From positions 2,105 to 66,104 of the forward strand of contig CANQIC010000005.1 of NCBI GenBank assembly GCA_947623865.1: 64,000 nucleotides of DNA, in the 5' to 3' direction. Below, in pieces: positions 10,057 to 19,050 of the stretch. The notes under the pieces were generated by a model that saw nothing but the letters and a program-made list of their open reading frames with translations, had not been told where the DNA came from and searched no databases. Each line of letters opens with the position of its first letter. Within the stretch, counting starts at the first letter, position 1. Position numbers and translations under genes: made by a program. The stretch is from an uncultured Clostridia bacterium. Lineage in GTDB: Bacteria; Bacillota; Clostridia; TANB77; CAG-508.

Positions 10057-11661
10057 TTATAGGTAAGTGACTTTTTCTAGGCTTTTACAGCCTTCAAATG
10101 GCGATGTATCCACGTCAGCATCCATTCCAATTTCAACTGAACGTCCTAAAAATGTGACATTTCTTAGGTTTTTACACCAACCAAATGCTCCTGAACCTAT
10201 TTTAGTTAAACTTTTTGGCAAAGTAACACTTGTTAGACTTGTACACTCCTTAAATGCTCCTGAACCTATTTCAGTTATACCTTCTAAGAAAATGACAGTT
10301 GTTAGGCTTCTACACCAAGCAAATGCCTTGTAACCTACTTTAGTTAAACTTTCTGGTAAAGTAACACTTGTTAGACTTTTACACAAACCAAATGCTTCTG
10401 AACCTATTTCAGTTATACCTTCTGAGAAAGTAACACTTGTTAGGCTTATACAGTACTCAAATGCTTCTAAACCTATTCTAGTTAAACTTTTTGGCAATGT
10501 GACATTTGTTAGGTTTGTACAACCCTTAAATGCCTTGTTACCTATTTCAGTTATACCTTCTGAAAAAGTGACATTTCTTAGTCTTGTACACTCCTCAAAT
10601 GCTTCTGAACCTATTTTAGTTAAACTTTTTGGCAATGTAACACTTGTTAGGCTTGTACAGTTGTTAAATGCCCATCCACCTATTTCAGTTAAACTTTCTG
10701 GGAAAATGACACTTGTTAGACTTGTACACAAAGCAAATGCTTCTGGACCTATTTTAGTTAAACTTTTTGGTAAAGTAGCACTTGTTAGACTTTTACAATC
10801 CTTAAATGCCAAATCACCTATTTCAGTTATACCTTCTGAAAAAGTAACACTTGTTAGACTTGTACACTCCTTAAATGCTCCTGAACCTATTTTAGTTAAA
10901 CTTTTTGGCAATGTGACACTTGTTAGGCTTGTACAGTGCTCAAATGTAAATCCATTTATTTCAGTTATACCTTTTGAGAAAGTAACATTTGTTAGGCTTC
11001 TACACCAAGCAAATGCTCCTGAACCCAATTTAATTAAACTTTTTGGCAATATAACACTTGTTAGACTTGTACACAAAGCAAATGCTTCTGGACCTATTTT
11101 AGTTAAACTTTTTGGTAAAGTAACACTTGTTAGACTTGTACACTCCTTAAATGCTCCTGAACCTATTTCAGTTATACCTTCTGAGAAAATGACACTTGTT
11201 AAGCTTGTACAGTTGTAAAATGCCAAATCACCTATTTCAGTTATACCTTCTGAGAAAGTAACACTTGTTAGGCTTGTACACTTATTAAATGCTCCTGAAC
11301 CTATTTTAGTTAAACTTTTTGGCAATGTAACACTTGTTAGGCTTGTACAGTAAGCAAATGCTTCTGAACCTATTTTAGTTATACCTTCTGAGAAAATGAC
11401 ACTTGTTAAGCTTGTACAGTTGTAAAATGCTCCTGAACCTATTTCAGTTATACCTTCTGAAAAAGCAATACTTGTCAGACTTGTACAGCAAACAAATGCC
11501 TTGTTACCTACTTTAGTTAAACTTTTTGGCAATGTGACATTTGTTAGACTTGTACACTCCTCAAATGCTCCTGAACCTATTTCAGTTACACCTTCCGGGA
11601 TTACTAATTCTGATTCTTTTCCATGATACCGAATTAGTATCGAGCCTTGCATATCAAACAT
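10057..11661 (-). CDS. BspA-type leucine-rich repeat protein (paralog 2, 534 aa)
   Basis: About 22 tandem 23-aa LRR units (LTSVTLPKSLTKIGSGAFxxCTS). AAGGAGG RBS. In-frame CGG at codon 11. Confidence 0.85.
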   Translation of the reverse strand: MFDMQGSILIRYHGKESELVIPEGVTEIGSGAFEECTSLTNVTLPKSLTKVGNKAFVCCTSLTSIAFSEGITEIGSGAFYNCTSLTSVIFSEGITKIGSEAFAYCTSLTSVTLPKSLTKIGSGAFNKCTSLTSVTFSEGITEIGDLAFYNCTSLTSVIFSEGITEIGSGAFKECTSLTSVTLPKSLTKIGPEAFALCTSLTSVILPKSLIKLGSGAFAWCRSLTNVTFSKGITEINGFTFEHCTSLTSVTLPKSLTKIGSGAFKECTSLTSVTFSEGITEIGDLAFKDCKSLTSATLPKSLTKIGPEAFALCTSLTSVIFPESLTEIGGWAFNNCTSLTSVTLPKSLTKIGSEAFEECTRLRNVTFSEGITEIGNKAFKGCTNLTNVTLPKSLTRIGLEAFEYCISLTSVTFSEGITEIGSEAFGLCKSLTSVTLPESLTKVGYKAFAWCRSLTTVIFLEGITEIGSGAFKECTSLTSVTLPKSLTKIGSGAFGWCKNLRNVTFLGRSVEIGMDADVDTSPFEGCKSLEKVTYL

Positions 11662-11776
11662 ATAATTTTTCCTCCTTAAATATAATTAGGCCTTTCTTTA
11701 ATACTAAAGCGAACCCTTACTCACAATTCGCATAAATAAAGAAATAATAGCAAACATATATTATGTCTACATTTGA

Positions 11777-11805
11777 ATTATAACAAAATTCATCAGTTGT
11801 GTCAA
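11777..11805 (-). promoter_or_regulatory. sigma-A promoter of LRR paralog 2
   Basis: Minus strand TTGACA (11805-11800), 17 nt, TATAAT (11782-11777). Confidence 0.55.
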
Positions 11806-11881
11806 TTTATGCTATTAATTTAAAAAAAGTATTAAGAATCCTTAATACTTTTTTATATATATTTAATAATATTCATTTATT

Positions 11882-11930
11882 TTATGCTCTTGGATGAGCT
11901 TTTCTATATATATTCTTTATACTTTCATCT
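11882..11930 (-). pseudogene. duplicated 3'-terminal fragment of xerD (last 16 codons plus stop)
   Basis: 11882..11930 is identical to the xerD 3' end at 13694..13742. The identity continues through the downstream intergenic region and marks the junction of a tandem duplication. Confidence 0.8.
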
Positions 11931-11943
11931 ATTAAATAAACAC

Positions 11944-11973
11944 AAAAACAGGAAAATTTCTTTTCCTGTTTTT
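11944..11973 (-). terminator. terminator of LRR paralog 3
   Basis: Same AAAAACAGGAAAA/TTTTCCTGTTTTT hairpin as at 9989..10018. Confidence 0.6.
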
Positions 11974-12011
11974 GATTGAGTAAGTTTGTTTGTAGCACTT
12001 TTTGTTGTAGC

Positions 12012-13478
12012 TTATAGGTAAGTGAATTTTTCTAGGCTTTTACAGCCTTTAAATGGCGATGTATCCACCTCAGCATCCATTCCAATTTCAACTGAACGTC
12101 CTAAAAATGTGACATTTCTTAGTTTTGTACACCAAGCAAATGCTCCTGAACCTATTTTAGTTAAACTTTTTGGCAATGTAACACTTGTTAGGCTTTTACA
12201 ATCCTTAAATGCCCATTCACCTATTTCAGTTATACCTTCTGAGAAAGTAACACTTGTTAGACTGGTACACAAAACAAATGCTTCTGAACCTATCTTAGTT
12301 AAACTTTTTGGGAAAATAACACTTGTTAGACTTGTACACTCCTCAAATGCTTCTGAACCTATTTCAGTTAAACTTTTTGGCAATGCAATACTTGTTAGAC
12401 TTGTACAATCCTTAAACGCCCATTCACCTATTTCAGTTATACCTTCTGATAAAATGACAATTGTTAAGCTTGTACACCAAGCAAATACCTTGTTACCTAC
12501 TTTAGTTAAACTTTCTGGTAAAGTAACATTTGTTAGACTGGTACACCTATAAAATGCCTTGTTACCTATTTCAGTTATACCTTCTGATAAAATGACAGTT
12601 GTTAGGTTTGTACAGTTCTCAAATGCTTCTAAACCTATTTTAGTTAAACTTTTTGGCAATGTAACACTTGTTAGGCTTGTACACTCCTTAAATGCTCCTG
12701 AACCTATTCTAGTTAAACTTTTTGGGAAAGTAACACTTGCTAGGCTTTTACAGTACCCAAATGCCATGTTACCTATTTCAGTTATACTTTCTGGGAAAAT
12801 GACAGTTGTTAGATTTGTGCTGTTGTAAAATGCAAAATCACCTATTTCAGTTATACCTTCTGAGATAATGACAGTTGTTAGGCTTGTACAGTTCTCAAAT
12901 GCTTCGAAACCTATTCTAGTTAAACTTTTTGGGAAAGTAACACTTGTTAGACTTTTACAATCCTTAAATGCCAAATCACCTATTTCAGTTATACCTTCTG
13001 ATAAAATGACAGTTGTTAGGCTTGTACAGCAAGCAAATGCTCCTGAACCTATTTTAGTTAAACTTTTTGGCAATGTGACATTTGTTAGACTTGTACAGTG
13101 CTCAAATGCTCTTGATCCTATTTTAGTTAAACCTTCTGAGATAATGGCAGTTGTTAGTCTTTCACAAAAAGCAAATGTTCCTGAACCTATTTTAGTTAAA
13201 CTTTTTGGCAATGTAACACTTGTTAGGCTTGTACAATACCCAAATGCCATGTTACCTATTTCAGTTAAACCTTCTGAGAAAATGACAGTTGTTAGGCTTG
13301 TACAGTGCTCAAATGCTACTGAACCTATTTTAGTTAAACTTTTTGGGAAAGTAACACTTGTTAGACTTGTACACTCTTTAAATGCTCCTGAACCTATTTC
13401 AGTTACACCTTCCGGGATTACTAATTCTGATTCTTTTCCATGATACCGAATTAGTATCGAGCCTTGCATATCAAACAT
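12012..13478 (-). CDS. BspA-type leucine-rich repeat protein (paralog 3, 488 aa)
   Basis: Same N-terminus (MFDMQGSILIRYHGKESELVIPEGVTEIG) and C-terminus as paralog 2, with two fewer 23-aa units. Confidence 0.85.
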   Translation of the reverse strand: MFDMQGSILIRYHGKESELVIPEGVTEIGSGAFKECTSLTSVTFPKSLTKIGSVAFEHCTSLTTVIFSEGLTEIGNMAFGYCTSLTSVTLPKSLTKIGSGTFAFCERLTTAIISEGLTKIGSRAFEHCTSLTNVTLPKSLTKIGSGAFACCTSLTTVILSEGITEIGDLAFKDCKSLTSVTFPKSLTRIGFEAFENCTSLTTVIISEGITEIGDFAFYNSTNLTTVIFPESITEIGNMAFGYCKSLASVTFPKSLTRIGSGAFKECTSLTSVTLPKSLTKIGLEAFENCTNLTTVILSEGITEIGNKAFYRCTSLTNVTLPESLTKVGNKVFAWCTSLTIVILSEGITEIGEWAFKDCTSLTSIALPKSLTEIGSEAFEECTSLTSVIFPKSLTKIGSEAFVLCTSLTSVTFSEGITEIGEWAFKDCKSLTSVTLPKSLTKIGSGAFAWCTKLRNVTFLGRSVEIGMDAEVDTSPFKGCKSLEKFTYL

Positions 13479-13590
13479 ATAATTTTTCCTCCTTAAATAT
13501 AATTAGGCCTTTCTTTAATACTAAAGCGAACCCTTACTCACAATTCGCATAAATAAAGAAATAATAGCAAACATTATGTTTACATTTAAT

Positions 13591-13619
13591 ATTATAACAA
13601 ATACCGATTTTTTTGTCAA
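13591..13619 (-). promoter_or_regulatory. sigma-A promoter of LRR paralog 3
   Basis: Minus strand TTGACA (13619-13614), 17 nt, TATAAT (13596-13591). Confidence 0.55.
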
Positions 13620-13693
13620 TTTATGCTATTAATTAAAAAAAGTATTAAGAATCCTTAATACTTTTTTATATATTTAATAATATTTCATTTATT

Positions 13694-14575
13694 TTATGCT
13701 CTTGGATGAGCTTTTCTATATATATTCTTTATACTTTCATCTTGGAATTGCATATATACTTGTGTTGATGATATATCTGAATGTCCTAGCATTGTTTGGA
13801 TGGCTTTTAATTCTGCTCCATTTTGTAAAAGATGTGTTGCAAAAGAATGTCTTAAAACGTGTGGTGTTATATCTTTTGCTATATGAGCTTGTTCTTTATA
13901 GAATTTTACTATTTTCCAAAATCCTTGTCTCGTTAATCTTCTTCCATTTATATTTACAAATAATGCTTTTTCTGATTCTGTTTTAATTAATATTGGTCTT
14001 GAATCTTCTATATATTCTTTTAAAGCTTTTAAAGATATTTTTCCTAGTGGTATACTTCTTTGTTTATTTCCTGTTTTACATATTACATAGGCTTCTTTTA
14101 AATTAACATCTTCTATATTTAAAGAAATTATTTCAGTTACTCTCATTCCTGTTGCATATGCAAATTCAAGCATAGCTTTATCTCTAATTCCTTTTAAATC
14201 AATATTCTTAGGTTGTTCTAGTAATAATGAAACCTCTTCTGATGTTAAAATACTTGGAACTCTTTTTTCTATTTTTGGTGATTGTATACCTTCTGTTGGG
14301 TCTGCTTTCACTTTATTATTTCTTAATAAAAATTGGTAAAATAATCTTATTGAAGCTAAATTTCTTGATATTGTAGAAGATTTTTTATTCATATCATGTA
14401 GATACTGTAAATATGTTTTTATACCATTTGACTTTACTTTTGTATAATTTATATTATTTGCTTCTAAATATTTTTTATATTGAAGTACATCCCTTCTGTA
14501 AGATTGTAATGTATTATCTGATAACTTTTTATCATTTTTTATAAAGTCTAAAAAACTTGCTATTTGTTTGTCCAT
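13694..14575 (-). CDS. xerD: tyrosine recombinase XerD
   Basis: 293 aa. N-terminal SAM-like domain (LSDNTLQSYRRDV) and catalytic RHSFATHLL...LGHSDISSTQVY. Adjacent to spoIIM. Confidence 0.85.
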   Translation of the reverse strand: MDKQIASFLDFIKNDKKLSDNTLQSYRRDVLQYKKYLEANNINYTKVKSNGIKTYLQYLHDMNKKSSTISRNLASIRLFYQFLLRNNKVKADPTEGIQSPKIEKRVPSILTSEEVSLLLEQPKNIDLKGIRDKAMLEFAYATGMRVTEIISLNIEDVNLKEAYVICKTGNKQRSIPLGKISLKALKEYIEDSRPILIKTESEKALFVNINGRRLTRQGFWKIVKFYKEQAHIAKDITPHVLRHSFATHLLQNGAELKAIQTMLGHSDISSTQVYMQFQDESIKNIYRKAHPRA

Positions 14576-14683
14576 AATTTAGCTCCTTTCTAAAATACTA
14601 TTATGAATAATTATTATGTATATATTTATATCAGATTAAATAAAAAAAGTAAATAGATTTTTTAATATTTTATAATTTTTTTA

Positions 14684-15338
14684 TTATATATATTTTATTA
14701 TTAATAATAGAATATTTTTAGATACATATACTTCAATTAATGACGATAGTATTAATATAGCGGTTATTAATAAAGAAATTAAAGTATGTCTTAATATTTC
14801 TATCTTTATGTTTTCTCTTCTCTTGTCTTTCATTATTGAATTATGAAGTCTCATACCACTTACAGCAAGAGCTAATATAGAAGGTATAAACAAAATATTT
14901 TGCAATAAAAGTATGGATACCAAAAATAAAATTCCTTTTCCGACTACCAAGGCTTAATATAATAGAAGAAATTGTATATCCTAGGCAAAATCCTCTAAAA
15001 CATATTGTTAAATAAACAATAGATATACCTATAACAGTAGATCCCATAAACCATAAAAAAACAGCAAGCATCACATTCTTTTTTATTGAATCTTGTAATA
15101 AAAGTAAACTGTTTATATCTTTATTATTTTTTAAATCTTGTGTAAAGGAATTTATATAATTAGTAATTTCTGATGATTGATTTTCTGAAGTATTGTTTAT
15201 AAATATAACTCCAATAACTATTCCTATCAGAAATATAATACTAACAATTAAATATTCTTTTATATTATTTTCTATATGAGTTAATATAATTTCTTTAAAC
15301 CTAGATTTTTTTCTCATTCTTTTATATCTTCTGTTCAT
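14684..15338 (-). CDS. spoIIM: stage II sporulation protein M, requires +1 shift at in-frame CGG (14942-14940)
   Basis: ORFs 14841..15338 and 14684..14950 join as ...YTISSIILSLGS-GKGILFLVSILLLQNILFIPS when the C is skipped. Polytopic membrane protein, restored to 217 aa. Confidence 0.75.
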
Positions 15339-15407
15339 TATGTACCTCCGAAATGTTTATACATAATGTGTATTCATTTTATATAAAAAAAGAACTATAA
15401 AATGAGG

Positions 15408-15568
15408 GACATGTCTCAATCTATGAGAAATGCCTGTAACTGAGGCTTGTCCCTCAAACCTTGTAAAAGACATGCCTCAATCTATGAGAAATGCTTGTAA
15501 CTGAGGCTTGTCCCTCAAACTTCTCAAAAGACATTCCTTTATCTATAAAAACTGTTTATATAGTAAAA
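15408..15568. repeat. 61-bp tandem repeat (2 full copies plus 1 degenerate) upstream of spoIIM
   Basis: Units 15408..15468 and 15469..15529 differ at a few positions. Each contains GACATGYCTCA...TGAGGCTTGTC hairpin arms. A degenerate third unit is at 15530..15568. Confidence 0.8.
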
Positions 15569-15603
15569 GAACAGAGGACTCTTTAAGAAGAGCCCTCTGT
15601 TCT
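15568..15603 (-). terminator. terminator of the 15605..16063 gene
   Basis: AGAACAGAGGaCTCTT-taag-AAGAGcCCTCTGTTCT hairpin immediately after the stop. Confidence 0.65.
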
Positions 15604-15604
15604 T

Positions 15605-16063
15605 TTATTGGCCAGTTATTATGATTCTTGTCCATTCTGATTTTACATCTTCCCATGCATCTGGCATGGAATAATGTTTTTTGATTATTTCTTTCATCAT
15701 ATATAAATGTCCACTAAGAAATACTATTGTATCTTTTTGATAGTTTCTTTTTATTTTTTGATAATACCTTGCTAATTCTAAAATAAATTTAAAATCATAA
15801 GCATAATTCGTATAAACTACTGCAGTAATAGAATATGCATCATAATTTGTATCATCTTCTATTATATGATATCGAAAATTTTTGCCCAAAAAATCAGCAA
15901 TTTCTAAAAAAAATTCAAAATTACCTTCAGCACGAGATTTATTCACATACTCATATCTTTCTTCAATTGTTTGAATAGGATTATTACTAAACTGAGTAAT
16001 TAAATTCCGAACTATGGTATCTTCTTTTTCTAGTTTTTTCTGCATTTGCATATCAGTCATCAT
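15605..16063 (-). CDS. hypothetical protein (152 aa)
   Basis: Long open frame in AT-rich DNA. ATGATG at 16063 has a GGAGG RBS. In-frame CGG at codon 19 (16009-16007), with 130 further open codons in the zero frame. Confidence 0.55.
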   Translation of the reverse strand: MMTDMQMQKKLEKEDTIVRNLITQFSNNPIQTIEERYEYVNKSRAEGNFEFFLEIADFLGKNFRYHIIEDDTNYDAYSITAVVYTNYAYDFKFILELARYYQKIKRNYQKDTIVFLSGHLYMMKEIIKKHYSMPDAWEDVKSEWTRIIITGQ

Positions 16064-16236
16064 ATTACCTCCAAATATTTTATTGGTGACATTGTCAGTG
16101 CCTGACCTACAACTGACATCTGCTTTTTTAGCTTGCTCTTGGCAAGATAAAAATATAATAACATAATTTTGTATATAATGCAAATTTCAAAAATTATTTC
16201 TTTTTACGGTTTTATCTAAATTAGAGCATATAAATG

Positions 16237-17433
16237 TTAATCATTTGCTCTAATTTGTCCATAAACACCTCCACCACCTTCTTGTATTTTAAGTTTACCT
16301 TCTCTTGCAGCAACAATGTTGCTCGCTATTTTTTCTCCAACAACAGCTTCTATGTCATCTTTAGATAATTTATGAATTATGTTCATTTCTGTTCCAAAAG
16401 CATTTAATAACTTTTCTATACTTTTCTTTCCAATACCTGGAATAAATGTTAGTGGTACTTGATATACATATTCTGGTCTGTTTTCAGGACTTTTGGTTTC
16501 TTTTTTATCTTTTATAGTTTCTATTCTATCATAAACTCCCATAGTTATATTCTTGCTATCACAAGTATCGCATAATGTTACTGGAGCTTCTCCTTCTATA
16601 TTTTTTCTACACACTTCGCAATAAGTTCTATGATATTTACCGAGTTTTGGATCCATTCCATAATTTGCAACTACTTTTCTTCCATCTTCATTTCTTAATG
16701 CTTTTACTAATTCTTTAAAACTTATATCATCCACTAATATCTTATTATATTCCCTAGCTATTTTTGGGAGCGAATGAGCATCAGAATTCGTTATAAAGGT
16801 TTTTTGTTCTAATTCTGATATTTTATCTGCTAAAAAGGTATCTGAACTTAAACCTAACTCTATGGCTAGTATTTTACTGTATTTATCTTTAAATACTTTT
16901 TCTAATCTATCAGTACAATTTCCGTAAAAACTTTTATGTGGTGTAAAGCAATGTGCTGGTATTAATATTCCGTTATATTTTTCCACTATATCTACTAAGT
17001 CGTACGCTGAAATATTAGCTCTTTGTGAACTAAGAGTAATATTTTTAATATGTGTACTCATTTCTTTTGAAAAACCTTTTATATCATCTAAATGTGGAAA
17101 AAAGCAAATATTATGAGCACTACCACAATGTCCGTTTAATCCTTCTTCAGATGTTTCTATTTCACTTCCTAATATTATACAAACCTTATCTTTATATATA
17201 ATCCCACCATCTTTTATTTCGTAAGCCTCTCCTGTTTTTAAGAAATTTTCAATATCTTCTATTACATATGGCGAAGCACAATCTATAATTCCTACAATAT
17301 CTATTCCTTTTCTTTCTCTGCATTCTTTTGCTATATTTGCAAAATTTAGACTTCTTGCAGCTGTTATCTTTATTGGTTTATTGTTTTGACTTCTTCCTAT
17401 GTGTACATGTAAATCTGCAAAAATTTCATACAT
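16237..17433 (-). CDS. PHP-domain protein of the endonuclease Q / TIGR00375 family
   Basis: N-terminal ADLHVHIGRS metal-binding PHP motif, Cys-rich zinc motif (CEVCRK...CDTCDS) and a C-terminal helix-hairpin-helix-like region (IPGIGKKSIEKLL). Confidence 0.6.
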   Translation of the reverse strand: MYEIFADLHVHIGRSQNNKPIKITAARSLNFANIAKECRERKGIDIVGIIDCASPYVIEDIENFLKTGEAYEIKDGGIIYKDKVCIILGSEIETSEEGLNGHCGSAHNICFFPHLDDIKGFSKEMSTHIKNITLSSQRANISAYDLVDIVEKYNGILIPAHCFTPHKSFYGNCTDRLEKVFKDKYSKILAIELGLSSDTFLADKISELEQKTFITNSDAHSLPKIAREYNKILVDDISFKELVKALRNEDGRKVVANYGMDPKLGKYHRTYCEVCRKNIEGEAPVTLCDTCDSKNITMGVYDRIETIKDKKETKSPENRPEYVYQVPLTFIPGIGKKSIEKLLNAFGTEMNIIHKLSKDDIEAVVGEKIASNIVAAREGKLKIQEGGGGVYGQIRAND

Positions 17434-17491
17434 ATATTATTCCATCCTTTATACAAATTTTTAGGTTGCATAAATTGCAACCTATTTATTA

Positions 17492-17671
17492 TTATAAATA
17501 TAACCCAAAATCATCATTTTTGTTTTCTACAGGTTTTTCCTTTTGCTCCTTCATTTGTAACGCATATTTATCATAGTTAGTAGTTATATTTCTAATATAG
17601 TCTGACATAGTTTGATTACCTGCATCCTTTCCTAATTGAGATAAAATACTTTTTCTATAAAAATCTATCAT
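17492..17671 (-). CDS. small hypothetical protein (59 aa)
   Basis: MIDFYRKSILSQLGKDAGNQTMSDYIRNITTNYDKYALQMKEQKEKPVENKNDDFGLYL. ATGA start/stop overlap with the upstream gene. Falls below the ORF-track length cutoff. Confidence 0.4.
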   Translation of the reverse strand: MIDFYRKSILSQLGKDAGNQTMSDYIRNITTNYDKYALQMKEQKEKPVENKNDDFGLYL

Positions 17672-18210
17672 GCAATATTTACCTCCTTTGCTATATTTAT
17701 AAATTCTTTAAAATCATTCAAATAGGCATTATTGCAATTTTTTAAGTTTCTACTCTCTAATAATATCAAAGCTTCTTCTATTGGAAAAGCTATTCTTTCT
17801 GGCCTATCTAAAAGCATACCTCCAAATTGATCTGCAATCTCTAATATATCACTTTCTTTTTTTCTAGGTAGACTATTACTGTATCTATTTTGCTGCTCAC
17901 ATATTATACAAAAATCTTTAGAAAAGCCAAGTTTTGCTAAAAAATCTGCTCCTTCCTTTGCATAAGCTTTTATTTTTTCCATATCTTGAGCATTATTTAC
18001 TTTTTTACATCCACATAATAACATAGCTGTTATTACTTTATTTTTATCTACTTTTATATTCATAGTGTCAATAAATAAACTCACAATTAATGCTTTAAAA
18101 ATTACAGAATTATCAAAAAATATATTTGTTTTTTTCTTTAAATATGACATTATTTCTACTTTTTTACCAAAATCTTCTTCTGCTAATATATATTCTGCAA
18201 ATGTTTCCAT
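17668..18210 (-). CDS. hypothetical protein
   Basis: ORF 17668..18222. The ATG at 18210 has a GGAGG RBS at good spacing. No family recognised. Confidence 0.5.
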   Translation of the reverse strand: METFAEYILAEEDFGKKVEIMSYLKKKTNIFFDNSVIFKALIVSLFIDTMNIKVDKNKVITAMLLCGCKKVNNAQDMEKIKAYAKEGADFLAKLGFSKDFCIICEQQNRYSNSLPRKKESDILEIADQFGGMLLDRPERIAFPIEEALILLESRNLKNCNNAYLNDFKEFINIAKEVNIA

Positions 18211-18325
18211 TATTGCCTCCATATACCTTTATTTTTATCCATTATATTCCAAAAGATATTGGATTTTCAACAATGTTACGCAAATGTAATATTAATGTAA
18301 TTTTTTGGTAATAGATTAAGTTTTT

Positions 18326-18761
18326 TCAATTAGCTTTAATCTCTCCTCTTGCAAGTTCATCACATCTATTATTAAATTCATTATCACTATGACCTTTCAC
18401 TTTTATAAATTTTACTCTATGTATTTTTGTTAAATCATAAAGTTCTTGCCAAAGTTCTTTATTCTTTACAGGATCTTTTCCTGATGTTTTCCAATCGTTT
18501 TTAATCCAATTATATATCCATCCATTATTAAATGCATTTATGACATAGCTACTGTCACTATATACTTCTACTTCACATGTTCTTTTAAGCTGTTTTAAAG
18601 CTTCTATTACAGCAGTTATTTCCATTATATTATTAGTAGTTTTTTTATTGCTACCACTTATTTCCTTTTTTACATCATTAAACATTAAAATTGCACCCCA
18701 TCCTCCAGGTCCTGGGTTTCCGTGAACACGCTCCGTCTGTGTATATTGTAACTTTGTCCAT
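18326..18761 (-). CDS. rnhA: ribonuclease HI, requires +1 shift at in-frame CGG (18722-18720)
   Basis: ATG at 18761 (AAGGAG RBS) gives [13 protein letters not shown], then CGG. Skipping the C gives [14 protein letters not shown]..., the canonical RNase HI N-terminus (TDGxxxGNPGPGGxG). Restored length is 144 aa. Confidence 0.85.
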
Positions 18762-18788
18762 ATCAAATTCTCCTTTATTTTATTATAT

Positions 18789-18982
18789 AAATTGTAATTT
18801 ATTTAATTAAGTGTTCTCTAGAAAAGGTTTATTTATTTGTTTCCAACGCGAATTCCGTTACTGAACCTGTAAGTTGCTAAAGCAACAACAGTTTCATGTA
18901 ACGAAAGCTGGATCGCGTAACTGAGAAACAAATAAATATAACCTTTTCTAGAAATTAATTGATATTTTACAAACAACAATTT
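18789..18982. repeat. 194-bp hairpin-forming repeat, copy B (inverted partner of 5609..5802)
   Basis: The reverse complement matches 5609..5802 at 193/194 positions. The single mismatch is at 18956 vs 5635. Confidence 0.9.
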
Positions 18983-19050
18983 GTATTTTTTTAATCTTTA
19001 TGATATTATATCAATAAATATATCTATTTTTCAATAATTAGGAGTAAATA

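Noticed and set aside
10067-13443. Long plus-strand ORFs (88-239 aa) antisense to the LRR genes; the same applies to 7918..8139
   Set aside because: They are mirror images of the 69-bp coding repeats. They have a repetitive low-complexity translation (LVRLVxxxNAxxPI...), no RBS, and fully overlap well-supported minus-strand genes.
7509-13478. Regular ~69-bp periodic repeats as a possible CRISPR array
   Set aside because: The repeats are contiguous with no unique spacers. They lie within long ORFs and encode a BspA-type LRR consensus. There are no cas genes.
13574-13584. dif-like XerD half-site (TTATGTTTACA) right next to xerD
   Set aside because: No matching XerC arm or central region is present. 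The motif is part of the conserved LRR-gene leader and recurs in variant form (ATTATGTCTACAT) upstream of the other two paralogs.
5803-18788. The segment between the 194-bp inverted repeats as a composite transposon or genomic island
   Set aside because: It has no transposase or integrase-with-att structure, and its content is core housekeeping (guaA, guaB, xerD, spoIIM, rnhA). Only the possibility of homologous inversion is retained.
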